NCBI GenBank assembly: GCA_040755455.1 | Contig: JBFMAY010000004.1 | Location: forward strand, 32,001-96,000 | DNA from: Thermodesulfobacteriota bacterium | GTDB taxonomy: Bacteria > Desulfobacterota > Desulfobulbia > Desulfobulbales > SURF-16 | Reading direction: 5' to 3' | DNA length: 64,000 nt | Shown here: positions 9,820-19,544 of the stretch, piece by piece | Layout: the number at the start of each line of letters is the position of its first letter | How positions within the stretch are numbered: position 1 is the stretch's first letter | Translations under genes and position numbers: made by a program | Notes under the pieces: model-generated | The model's database searches: none | What the model was told of the DNA's origin: nothing | Seen by the model: the letters and a program-made list of their open reading frames with translations, nothing else

Positions 9820-10878
9820 TTGACTAGGACCATGCACCTTTGCCTGCGAGAACATTCTGTCGATATACATTGCCAAGTTGCCAGCATAGCTGATTCGGCT
9901 CAATCAAAAAGTCGAGCCGCTATTGCCGGCAACCTCGGCAATGAAGGAAGACAGAACAGAAACAATACGGGGTGCTGGTTGTTATCTTTTATACTTTTCA
10001 CATTACTGCTTTTCCCGGGCGCCATCTTTGCGCAAGATGGCGCACCGCATATCATTCATTACCAACCTGTCCTGTCGATCTCAGGCTCAATGAAACTTCC
10101 CAGTGATGTTGCAGTTGACCAGAGCGGCAGGATATATATTTTAGACGGCACCGCCGACACTGTCAGAGTCTATTCCCCCAAGGGCGAACCATTATTTACC
10201 ATGGGTGGTCCGGGAATTCTCAAGCAACCGCTGGGTATTGATGTTTCCCCGGCGGGCGAGGTGCTCGTCGCGGATTCGGGAAATCACCGCCTGGCACTCT
10301 TCCCTGCTGAAGGAAAAAGTCCCCATTACATTGAAGTCCCCTCCCCGGCCGATGGTAAGCCGAGCGATCCAACTGATGTTAATTTCGGCCCTGACAACAC
10401 CTGTATTGCGGTTGACAATGATAATCACCGGGTAGTATCTCTCACCCATTCAGGCAAACTGGTCTGGGCAACAGGGACCATGGGACGTAATCCTGCTGAG
10501 TTCCGTTTTCCTTTCCTGATGGATATTGACTCTTCCGGCAGAATCTATATCGTTGAGGCGATCAATACACGGCTTCAGGTTCTTGAAGCCAATGGTGACT
10601 TTGCCCGCTTCATCGGTGAATGGGGAATCGAACCCGGTCAATTTTTCAGACCGAAGGGTGTGGTGGTAAACAACAACGAGGTCTTTGCCTCTGACAGTTA
10701 TCTCGGTGTTATTCAGGTGTTCAAACGGGAAGGAGGGCTTATCGGTATCATCGGTGACGGGAAAGGCAAGATCACCAAATTCAAGACCCCGATGGGGATG
10801 GCTGTTTCCGGCAACCGCCTGATCGTCGTTGAAATGTTCAACAACAGGGTGCTGGTTCTGGAAAGGCAGAGTCAGTGA
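9820..10878 (+). CDS. Exported NHL-repeat beta-propeller protein
   Basis: Repeats such as PSDVAVD..GRIYILD, PLGIDV..GEVLVADSGNHR, FFRPKGVVV; hydrophobic signal segment. Start codon uncertain. Confidence 0.88.
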   Translation: MTRTMHLCLREHSVDIHCQVASIADSAQSKSRAAIAGNLGNEGRQNRNNTGCWLLSFILFTLLLFPGAIFAQDGAPHIIHYQPVLSISGSMKLPSDVAVDQSGRIYILDGTADTVRVYSPKGEPLFTMGGPGILKQPLGIDVSPAGEVLVADSGNHRLALFPAEGKSPHYIEVPSPADGKPSDPTDVNFGPDNTCIAVDNDNHRVVSLTHSGKLVWATGTMGRNPAEFRFPFLMDIDSSGRIYIVEAINTRLQVLEANGDFARFIGEWGIEPGQFFRPKGVVVNNNEVFASDSYLGVIQVFKREGGLIGIIGDGKGKITKFKTPMGMAVSGNRLIVVEMFNNRVLVLERQSQ

Positions 10879-13622
10879 AAGCTATGCGTCGGCGATTCCC
10901 CTTCACATCCATGTTTTTTCTTGCCGCTACCCTTTTCCTTTTGCCTGATTCAGAGGTACAGGCGGCCGGTAATCTGACCCAGAATTCATCCCGTGAATGC
11001 GCCATCTGCCACTTCCGGTGGATTGACCAGTTCGTCGAAGGGCATGGTACAGCCCTGGCGGATTATGAAAAAGAGGACGTCGCCGGTCATGAAATGATAT
11101 GTTTTAGCTGCCACGACGGATCAACTGATGACTCGCGGATGAAGGTATGGATCCTGGACAGACACAAAACAGATATTCAACCTTCCGACAAGGTGCAAAT
11201 CCCGAAGCTCTTTCCCCTTTCCCAGGATGGGAAAGTTGTCTGCGCCACCTGCCACTCCGCCCATTCCGTTCCCACGGATACCAGTATCGAACGCACCATC
11301 TTTCTGCGTATTTCCAATAAAGATTCCATTATGTGTGAGATGTGCCATCCAGACCAGGCGGTCAAGGATCATAACCATCCCACCCACAGCGGCAAAAGAG
11401 CCCTTCCCAAAGAGATATATACCGCTGGCGCTGTTCCATCCAGTACGGACACCAACTTCGTCATATGCGAAAGCTGCCACACCGCCCATGGCAGTGTGGA
11501 GAGAAATCTCCTTTTCGAGGTAAAGGCTGATTCAACCCTCTGCACGATCTGTCATCCCGACAAAATTGATGCTGCTAATGCTCCATTGGATAAGCAGGTT
11601 AATCATCCGTTGCTGGTCGACTTCAAGCCCAATCCCAATGTTGGCGTCAAACTGCAGGTCGGGACGAAAAACACCCTCCAGTGCCTTTCTTGCCACAAGC
11701 TGCATCAGCATGAAAAGGGAACAAAATCTCTGGTGCAGAACAGGGAATCGCTGTGTCAGTTATGCCATGCCGACAAGGCTGACAGATCTTCCATTGCCGA
11801 CTGGCAGAAAAGCAACCATCCGCTGTATGTAAAATACAAGCTCAATCCGGCAAGCACGGTGAAGCTTGACGGAGGTGCGGAAAACACCGTTTACTGTTTC
11901 ACCTGTCACAAGGTTCATCAACATGAACCAGGCACCAAGGCCCTGGCAGCCAAGAGAGACCCTCTCTGCTCAACCTGCCATAATGCTCAGTACTTGGTTG
12001 ACGATACGGATCACGATCTCAGCATTACGGCAAAAGACGAGATCAATGCCATCGAGCAGACTATAGCGCAGGCAGGGGTCTGTTCCGCCTGTCATGTGCC
12101 GCATAAGGCAACCGGACCGTATCTCTGGGCACGTAAAGTAAAAGATCCATCCGCCCTGTCTTCGCCGTCCAAACTGTGCCTCAGCTGCCACGCGGACAAT
12201 GCTATTGCCGCCAAAAAGACGGTGGGCAGATTCACCCACCCGGTGAACATTCCGATGAAAGAAGCGGAACAATTAAAAGACCCGGCAACGCTGCCTCTTT
12301 ATAAAAAGGAAGACGGCAGCGCCGTCATGGAGTGTCATACCTGTCACGACCCGCACCGCTGGGACTCACAGACTGCCCAGAAAGGCAAGGGTATTAATGA
12401 TGAAGGAACTGCCTTCACCAGTTTCCTTAGGAAACGTTCAGGGACCGACAGAGCTCTCTGTGCCTCGTGTCATGCCGATCAGTATCTGGTGGAAGGCACG
12501 GATCACGATCTAGCGGTGACTGCCCCAAAGGAAAACAATATCACCAAACAGAATGCCGGCCAATCAGGCGTCTGTTCCCCCTGCCACGTGCCGCATCAGG
12601 CCAGCGGCCCCTATCTCTGGGCGCGGAAATTCGACAAAAAACCTACCTCCCCTTCCTCTCTCTGTCTGGACTGCCACGACAAGAAGAAACCAGCTGAGAA
12701 AAAGACCGTGGGACAAAACTCCCATCCGGTGAACATTCAGGTGGAAAACGCTTTATCGGTGTCACTGCCGCTGCGTAAATTATCCGACGGCACATCAGTC
12801 ATGGAATGCCATAGCTGCCACGACCCGCACCGATGGAATTCCCAGCTGAGCAAGAAGGGACAAGGCGCCAACGTGGAGGGTGATGCTGACAGCAGCTTCC
12901 TCAGAAGCTCCAACCTGGAAGAACCATCACTGTGCGCCAAATGCCACCTCCGCAAAAGCTTTGTGGCCGGAACTGATCATGACATGCGGGTGGTGGCCCC
13001 CACTTCACTGAACAAGAGCGGCAAGATGGCCAAGGAGGAGTCGGTCTGCACCCCCTGTCATGCCGTACATAATGCTCCCGAGAAAACTCTGCTGTGGAAT
13101 TACACCTTGGCGGAAACCGGCCAGGACTTCATTGAGAAGGCCTGTAACGGATGTCACGCCAAGACCGGTGCGGGAAAAGACAAGGTCATTGCTTCAGGTA
13201 TCCATCCGAAACAGTTTTATTTCGGCTACCATAAATCATACAGGAATATTCTCCTCTCCATCGGACCGACGCCTGATCCAATACCCTTATATGCCCAGGA
13301 CGGCAAAAAGGCGGTTTCAGGAGAGATTACATGTTCAACCTGTCATGATCCGCATATCTGGTTCGCCACCGAGGAGACTGTCGGTGCAGGCAAAAATATT
13401 GAAGGTACCGTGGTAAACAGTTTTCTCCGCAAGGGGGCGAGAAATGAATTGTGTTATGCGTGCCATGGCATAAAAACCCTGTTACTCTACAGATTCTACC
13501 ATGACGCCAATGAGAAAAAGGGTATTTTAGGGATTTCGATGCCCACTGCCGACGAAATTGAACAGTCTAATGCGCCAAGACAACCGGCCGGTGAGTTCAA
13601 CGAGAACAACGGGGAAAAATAA
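10875..13622 (+). CDS. 22-heme cytochrome c with tandem di-heme repeats and three OmcE-like tetraheme repeats
   Basis: Signal peptide ending near VQA; 22 CxxCH counted; many CxxCHxxH...FLR...LCxxCH doubled motifs; internal repeats visible. Confidence 0.92.
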   Translation: MKAMRRRFPFTSMFFLAATLFLLPDSEVQAAGNLTQNSSRECAICHFRWIDQFVEGHGTALADYEKEDVAGHEMICFSCHDGSTDDSRMKVWILDRHKTDIQPSDKVQIPKLFPLSQDGKVVCATCHSAHSVPTDTSIERTIFLRISNKDSIMCEMCHPDQAVKDHNHPTHSGKRALPKEIYTAGAVPSSTDTNFVICESCHTAHGSVERNLLFEVKADSTLCTICHPDKIDAANAPLDKQVNHPLLVDFKPNPNVGVKLQVGTKNTLQCLSCHKLHQHEKGTKSLVQNRESLCQLCHADKADRSSIADWQKSNHPLYVKYKLNPASTVKLDGGAENTVYCFTCHKVHQHEPGTKALAAKRDPLCSTCHNAQYLVDDTDHDLSITAKDEINAIEQTIAQAGVCSACHVPHKATGPYLWARKVKDPSALSSPSKLCLSCHADNAIAAKKTVGRFTHPVNIPMKEAEQLKDPATLPLYKKEDGSAVMECHTCHDPHRWDSQTAQKGKGINDEGTAFTSFLRKRSGTDRALCASCHADQYLVEGTDHDLAVTAPKENNITKQNAGQSGVCSPCHVPHQASGPYLWARKFDKKPTSPSSLCLDCHDKKKPAEKKTVGQNSHPVNIQVENALSVSLPLRKLSDGTSVMECHSCHDPHRWNSQLSKKGQGANVEGDADSSFLRSSNLEEPSLCAKCHLRKSFVAGTDHDMRVVAPTSLNKSGKMAKEESVCTPCHAVHNAPEKTLLWNYTLAETGQDFIEKACNGCHAKTGAGKDKVIASGIHPKQFYFGYHKSYRNILLSIGPTPDPIPLYAQDGKKAVSGEITCSTCHDPHIWFATEETVGAGKNIEGTVVNSFLRKGARNELCYACHGIKTLLLYRFYHDANEKKGILGISMPTADEIEQSNAPRQPAGEFNENNGEK

Positions 13623-13623
13623 A

Positions 13624-15240
13624 ATGAGCCGTTACTGCATAGTTTTATTCCTTTTTCTGGCAGCAACCCTCATCTCTTGTCTTTCACCGGCAATTTCCGC
13701 TGATTCGGATTCCGCCTCATCCGGCAGCGAGTTGAGCAAGGCAGATAACGGACCGGAGATCCCCTCCCCTCCCATCGAAACGATCGGCAACCCGCATGAC
13801 ATGGCCTGCAACAAATGCCATATTCTGGCTCAAGACGGCAAAACGGCGGAAGGCCTCATTTCCGGGCTAGACAGCATCAGCCTCTGTCTGGGTTGTCATC
13901 CCGACGTAAATCTTCACCCGCTGGGAATTGCACCGATTAACCAGTTCGCCGGACTGGATAAATTCACCCTGCCGTTGGGCAATGGCATCTACCAGGGAAA
14001 GATCGTCTGCCTCACCTGTCATTACATCCACCAGGATGAGTTTACTCCCTATCTCCTCAGGGGCGATAACTCCTCACACCAGACAATCCGCCGCAGTTTG
14101 TGCTCCAACTGCCACAAGGAACATTTCACCGGTATTTCCCCGCATACCTCTGGGGCCACCACCTGCATTTTCTGTCATATCGCCACCCCTGAGAAAAGAA
14201 AGAAAAAGGGTAAAATGGCCAAGGACGAAGTTGATGCCATATGCGTTTTCTGCCATTGGTCGCTCAGAAAAAACCATTACAAGGATCTCGACCCTTTGCC
14301 GGATCCTTTTGTCCAGCAATTGATAAACCCAACAAGCAACCTGCAGCAGGGCCAGATGTACTGTTTAAGCTGCCACAGCCATCACGGCAAGGCCGAGGAA
14401 ACCCACCTGATCACCAAGGAATACCTGCAGCTCGCAGCACTTTCCAGAAACATCAATCCGCACTGGAAAAATCTCATGTGCATATCCTGTCACAAAGGTA
14501 CGCCGGCCAAAGGCAATCCTAGTCTCATCGGCAGTGGCGACTTAAACGAGCTCTGCAACCGCTGCCATAAGTCAGAGTTCGCCAGGGCTGATATTCATCC
14601 GGTGGGCGTCATTCCGTCTAAAGTGGTCAAGATACCTTCCGACATGCCTCTGCAGAATGGCAAACTCACCTGCGAGACATGCCACCAGTCATCACTGCAG
14701 GAAAGCGCTCTGCATATTGATTCTGTGGGCAAGGAAAATCCCAACTTTCTGCGCAGAAGCGGACTGTCGCGCAATGAATTCTGTTTTCTCTGCCATCAGC
14801 AGGAGACATATCGCCGGTTGAATCCGCACCTGCAGATGGATGAGCATGGCCATATCAAGAAGGAAACTTGTCTTTTATGTCACGCATCTTTGCCGGACAT
14901 CTATCTTTTCGGCCCGAAGAATGTTATATTTATTGTTGATGACCCCAATGAATACTGTATCGGATGCCATCCCGGCTTCAGTGAAAATCATCCGGCTGGA
15001 GGTCGCCATCTGGTGAAACCTTCGGAAAAGATCATGAAATCCCTTGAAACTTCCGTGCAAAGGATCGGGGTGGAGTTGCCCCTGTATAAAGGCAAGATAG
15101 TCTGCTCAACCTGCCACAATCCCCACGATCTGGGGGTTATCAAATACCCTGCCTCGGCCGAAGGTTCTCAACGCAAAAACAAATTAAGGTTAAAGCCCGG
15201 TATAACCCAGTGTACCGGCTGCCATTGGGATAAAGAATGA
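13624..15240 (+). CDS. 15-heme cytochrome c, possible lipoprotein
   Basis: 15 CxxCH counted. N-terminus MSRYCIVLFLFLAATLISC has a lipobox-like LISC. ATG 13624 directly follows the upstream stop. Confidence 0.9.
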   Translation: MSRYCIVLFLFLAATLISCLSPAISADSDSASSGSELSKADNGPEIPSPPIETIGNPHDMACNKCHILAQDGKTAEGLISGLDSISLCLGCHPDVNLHPLGIAPINQFAGLDKFTLPLGNGIYQGKIVCLTCHYIHQDEFTPYLLRGDNSSHQTIRRSLCSNCHKEHFTGISPHTSGATTCIFCHIATPEKRKKKGKMAKDEVDAICVFCHWSLRKNHYKDLDPLPDPFVQQLINPTSNLQQGQMYCLSCHSHHGKAEETHLITKEYLQLAALSRNINPHWKNLMCISCHKGTPAKGNPSLIGSGDLNELCNRCHKSEFARADIHPVGVIPSKVVKIPSDMPLQNGKLTCETCHQSSLQESALHIDSVGKENPNFLRRSGLSRNEFCFLCHQQETYRRLNPHLQMDEHGHIKKETCLLCHASLPDIYLFGPKNVIFIVDDPNEYCIGCHPGFSENHPAGGRHLVKPSEKIMKSLETSVQRIGVELPLYKGKIVCSTCHNPHDLGVIKYPASAEGSQRKNKLRLKPGITQCTGCHWDKE

Positions 15241-15246
15241 GATTGC

Positions 15247-15759
15247 ATGGAGAACGGCATGAACTCCGCCTCCTCTGTTAATCTGCATAAAACGATATTA
15301 CTCCTGCTGATCATTTATTGTATGTTCTCCATGGTGACCGTGTCGCCATGCCCTGCCGCAGAAATTCCTGTATATCCCGTTTATGCGGGTTCCCTCGCCT
15401 GCAAGCCCTGCCATGAGAAGGAATATTTCAGTTTCACCAACTATGCAAAAAAAAGCAATTCCTACAAGAGCATTGAAAGGCTGCAAAAAGGCCTGAACGA
15501 TCAAGACCTGAAAAAATGTTATTCCTGTCACACCACAGGCTATGGGAAACCAGGCGGTTTTATCAGTATTGAAAAAACGCCTCATCTGAAAGATGCCGGC
15601 TGCGAGGTTTGCCACGGCCCGGGATCAATCCATATAGCGGACAAAAAACCGGAATCGATTATTACCCAGCCGACCATCCAGGTTTGCGATCAATGCCACA
15701 CCAGCGAGATGATACAGGCCTTCAAATTCAGGCCCCTTATCCATGGCGGAGGCCACTGA
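15247..15759 (+). CDS. Tetraheme cytochrome c, c554-like family
   Basis: Signal/anchor segment; YAGSLACKPCH, CYSCHTTGY, GCEVCHGPG, CDQCH. Confidence 0.88.
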   Translation: MENGMNSASSVNLHKTILLLLIIYCMFSMVTVSPCPAAEIPVYPVYAGSLACKPCHEKEYFSFTNYAKKSNSYKSIERLQKGLNDQDLKKCYSCHTTGYGKPGGFISIEKTPHLKDAGCEVCHGPGSIHIADKKPESIITQPTIQVCDQCHTSEMIQAFKFRPLIHGGGH

Positions 15760-15760
15760 T

Positions 15761-18700
15761 ATGATCATCCTGAATGGATTTATCAAAAAACTCCTCCACC
15801 TGGAAACCCTGCTTACCATCGGTGTAACCATCGTCATGGCTGGAGTCATCTATTTCAGTATCACCAATCAAAGAGAACACATCAGAGAAAGGATGACCAG
15901 TTATGGCCAGGACATGAAATTATTGGCCTATGCGGGCATCAAACATCCGATGTCGGTTGGGGACAGCCCCTCTATCGAGACCCAGCTTCTTGATATCGGA
16001 GGGGAACTGGAGCACACGGAAATCGTCATATGCGATTTTAACCAGCGCATCGTTTTTGCCACCAATAAAGACCGCATCGGAACCGATGTTTCGACCTTCA
16101 CCGGCAACAGGGCGACCCTGGCTGCCCTGCAAAACCTGCTGGAAACCGCCCTCCCGCCCCGTATAAGCTATTTTGAAGAGGAGAAGGATGGCGCCAACTA
16201 CCTGGTTACCATCCACAGCATTTATAATGATAAGGAATGCCAACACTGCCACGGAGACACACGCAAGGTGCTGGGCGGGCTGCTAACCAGGCAATCCACC
16301 GATGCCACCTATCTTGCCATCGCAACCCTGCGAAATCATACCATTATCATCAGCATTATCGGCATCGGCCTCTTGATTACCATCATCTATTTTCTGCTGG
16401 CCAGACTGGTGACCAGACCGATAACCGAGCTGGCCGCAAAGGCTGAGGAACTGGCCAAGGGGAATCTGTCCGTTTCTGTTCCCATTAAATCGGCGGATTC
16501 CATTGGTATCCTTGCCGGCAGCTTCAACAGCATGGTGCGAAGCATCAAAGACAAGATTGAATATGCCAACAGCCTCAAAGAGGCAATTGCCGATCCACTA
16601 ATCATTGTCGACACCAACATTGCTGTGACCTTTATTAACGGCGCATGCGCCAGATTAACCGGATTCAGCAAACAGGAATCAGAGGGGCAATTAACCTGCC
16701 GGCAGATATTCAAAAGCGATTTCTGTCAGGATGATATCTGCGACACCACCTGCCCCATCAAAAAATGCCTCGTCACAGGTGAACCGGTTGAAGACATCAG
16801 AATAATCATCGCTAACAAAGAAGGCTCCCTTATCCCTGTCATGGCCAGCGCCAGCGCCCTGAAAGATGCCCATGGCAATATTACGGGAGCGGTACAGATC
16901 TTCAGGGACATCAGTGATGTTCTCGAGGCTGAACGACTGCGTTATATCCAGAGTATCTCGGAAAGAGATGAAGAGCAGCGGAAATATCTTGAGAGCAGGG
17001 CCAAGAATCTGCTCGCCATCCTGAAACAGGCATCAGAAGGCAATCTGAAAGTGCGGGCCGAGTTTCTTGACAGCAATGAGGTAATGGACAAAATTGCTTA
17101 CCACACCAACCAGATGTTAGATAATCTGGAAAAAATGTACGAAAAGATTTCCACCTTGAGCAAGGGACTGGAACTGGAGGTGGCGCACCGGACCGTCATG
17201 TTGCGGGAAAGGACACTTATGCTGGAGCGGGCCATCAGGGATCTGCGGGAACTCGACAGGCTTAAATCCGCCTTCCTGGCCAACATGTCCCATGAACTCA
17301 GAACACCGATGAATTCCATCATAGGCTATACCCAGCTTCTGCTTGACCGGGTTGACGGTGAAATAAATGATGAACAGGAAAAAAGCCTGATCAAGGTCGA
17401 GAATAACGCCAAGCATCTTCTGCAGTTAATCAATGATATCCTTGATATGTCAAAAATCGAATCAGGTAAAATAGAACTCGATATTCAAGAGACTGATTTC
17501 GCCAGCATGAGAGATATCATCAGCACTTTTTTTCAGCCAGTGCTGGATGCCAAGGGTCTTTACCTGCATTTTGATTTCGCCGACGATCTCCCTGCCGTCT
17601 TCATAGATAAAGATAAAGTAAAACAAATATTTACCAATCTGGTGGGCAATGCGGTCAAATTCACCGACCATGGCGGCATCACCATCCACGCCAAACCATC
17701 GAATCTGGGCATTGCCCCTGGTGAAGCCCCGCTGTTTATCGAGATATGTGTGGAAGACACCGGCATCGGCATAAAAAAGGATGATATGGCCAAACTTTTT
17801 GACAAATTTACCCAGATAAATGTTTCCGCCAGTCGTCCCTATGAAGGCACCGGACTAGGTCTCAGCATTGCAAGAGGTCTGGTGGTGCTACATAAAGGGG
17901 TTATCTGGGTTGAGAGTGATTTTGGCAAAGGAAGTAGGTTCTGCTTTACCCTGCCGGCGCAAAAGAAGGTTATGGAAAAAACCACAGAACCTATCATAGA
18001 GCTGGCCATGGCGGAAAAACTGGCTGAATATTTTGACAAACCCATTGAGCTCTTTCTTAAGGAGCCCTATTATCTCGGCAAGCTCGTCAAGTGCTGGGAA
18101 TATGCCCATTGCGGTCAGACAAGCTGCCCGGCCTACGGCAACACGGAAAGGCGCTGCTGGCTGATCTGCGGAGTTCATTGCAAAGGTGTCGAGGTGGCCA
18201 AATGTCCCGAAAAGGTTGAGTACTGCAAAACATGTGAAATTATTGAAAATCTCGTGGTCGGAGAATTCGCCCCGCACAAAATGATAGCTGATGGTTCAGA
18301 GGTCAGCACGGCGGACAGAGGTATAAAAAAGACTATCCTTGTTATTGACGATAACCCGGACGTCATTGAACTGATCAGAAAAAATATCGGGGAAGACTAT
18401 AACGTCATAGGGCATTATACCGGTGAAGGGGCTGTGGACAAGGCAAAGGAGATCAGACCCGCGGCGATTACCCTGGATATCATGATGCCAGGGAAAGACG
18501 GGTGGGAGGTCCTGCAGGAATTAAAACAGGATCCTGCTGTTCAGGATATTCCGGTTATCATCCTGTCAATTGTTGATGAAAAGAAAATCGGATTTTCTCT
18601 GGGTGCGACCGAATATATGGTCAAACCGATTGACAAAAAAATGCTGCTGCATAAATTGAAAAATCTGGAGAAACTGACAAGCATAAAGAATATTCTGATC

Positions 18701-19057
18701 GTTGACAATGAGCCTGGCACATTGCATATCTTGGGCCGCGTTCTTAATGAGGTTGGTTATAAGATCACAAAGGCATCCAATAACACGGGGGCAATACAGG
18801 CAATTCACGAGAGCAAACCTGACCTGATCGTCCTCAACCTGATGATTATGCCTGATGACAACGGCTCAGACGTCATTGATTATATCAAGACAGATGAATC
18901 GGCAAGAAACATTCCCCTTATTCTCATTACAGACAGTGACTTGAGCGAGGAAGACATCAAAGAGCTTGACGGGCGAATCAGGGCCACCTTCAACAAAGCC
19001 GTGCTTGCCGAAGATGACTTGTTGGAAACTCTGAAAAATACTATTAAGAAGATGTAG
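15761..19057 (+). CDS. Hybrid sensor histidine kinase: periplasmic heme-c sensor, HAMP, PAS, HisKA, HATPase, Cys-rich (two-CW-like) domain, REC, pseudo-REC
   Basis: Two TM helices flanking a domain with CQHCH; FLANMSHELRTP H-box; NAVKFT, DTGIG, GTGLGL boxes; 9-Cys insert; REC1 ITLDIMMP; REC2 IVLNLMIMP. Confidence 0.92.
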   Translation: MIILNGFIKKLLHLETLLTIGVTIVMAGVIYFSITNQREHIRERMTSYGQDMKLLAYAGIKHPMSVGDSPSIETQLLDIGGELEHTEIVICDFNQRIVFATNKDRIGTDVSTFTGNRATLAALQNLLETALPPRISYFEEEKDGANYLVTIHSIYNDKECQHCHGDTRKVLGGLLTRQSTDATYLAIATLRNHTIIISIIGIGLLITIIYFLLARLVTRPITELAAKAEELAKGNLSVSVPIKSADSIGILAGSFNSMVRSIKDKIEYANSLKEAIADPLIIVDTNIAVTFINGACARLTGFSKQESEGQLTCRQIFKSDFCQDDICDTTCPIKKCLVTGEPVEDIRIIIANKEGSLIPVMASASALKDAHGNITGAVQIFRDISDVLEAERLRYIQSISERDEEQRKYLESRAKNLLAILKQASEGNLKVRAEFLDSNEVMDKIAYHTNQMLDNLEKMYEKISTLSKGLELEVAHRTVMLRERTLMLERAIRDLRELDRLKSAFLANMSHELRTPMNSIIGYTQLLLDRVDGEINDEQEKSLIKVENNAKHLLQLINDILDMSKIESGKIELDIQETDFASMRDIISTFFQPVLDAKGLYLHFDFADDLPAVFIDKDKVKQIFTNLVGNAVKFTDHGGITIHAKPSNLGIAPGEAPLFIEICVEDTGIGIKKDDMAKLFDKFTQINVSASRPYEGTGLGLSIARGLVVLHKGVIWVESDFGKGSRFCFTLPAQKKVMEKTTEPIIELAMAEKLAEYFDKPIELFLKEPYYLGKLVKCWEYAHCGQTSCPAYGNTERRCWLICGVHCKGVEVAKCPEKVEYCKTCEIIENLVVGEFAPHKMIADGSEVSTADRGIKKTILVIDDNPDVIELIRKNIGEDYNVIGHYTGEGAVDKAKEIRPAAITLDIMMPGKDGWEVLQELKQDPAVQDIPVIILSIVDEKKIGFSLGATEYMVKPIDKKMLLHKLKNLEKLTSIKNILIVDNEPGTLHILGRVLNEVGYKITKASNNTGAIQAIHESKPDLIVLNLMIMPDDNGSDVIDYIKTDESARNIPLILITDSDLSEEDIKELDGRIRATFNKAVLAEDDLLETLKNTIKKM

Positions 19058-19132
19058 ACCATGAGCGAAGTGAGCACACTCCTTCACCCAGGGGACATAT
19101 CATGATAACCTGTGCAGTTTCTGAGGCAAGAC

Positions 19133-19525
19133 ATGCAAGCAGATCAACCGGATAGTAAAGAGAAGAAAAAGATACTGGTAGTTGATGACAACCAGGACAG
19201 CCGTGAACTGGTGATGAAAATCCTCGGCAAGAAAAACTACCATCTGCTTGAGGCGTATGACGGGGAAGATGCACTTAATAAAATTATGGCCGAAAAACCG
19301 GATCTGGTCCTGATGGATATCTCCATGCCGAAAATTGACGGATACGAGGTGACACGGAGGTTGAAAGCCATGAAGGATTTCCACGACATTACGATTATCG
19401 CCCTGACGGCCCATGCCATGAAAGGTGATTGTGAAAAGGCATTGGCGGCTGGTTGTAAAGGTTATATCACCAAACCGATCAACATCAGGGAATTCAGCGA
19501 ACAGATCAAACAATATCTCCGGTAA
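19133..19525 (+). CDS. Single-domain response regulator (DivK/CheY-like)
   Basis: ILVVDDN, LVLMDISMP, ALTAHAMKGD, YITKP. Confidence 0.9.
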   Translation: MQADQPDSKEKKKILVVDDNQDSRELVMKILGKKNYHLLEAYDGEDALNKIMAEKPDLVLMDISMPKIDGYEVTRRLKAMKDFHDITIIALTAHAMKGDCEKALAAGCKGYITKPINIREFSEQIKQYLR

Positions 19526-19544
19526 GTCTTTTTTTTATTTGTCC

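Noticed and set aside
15238..15249. In-frame TGA between the 15-heme and tetraheme genes (possible selenocysteine or read-through fusion)
   Set aside because: The downstream ORF has its own signal peptide, the upstream protein ends naturally after its last CxxCH, and no SECIS-like hairpin is evident.
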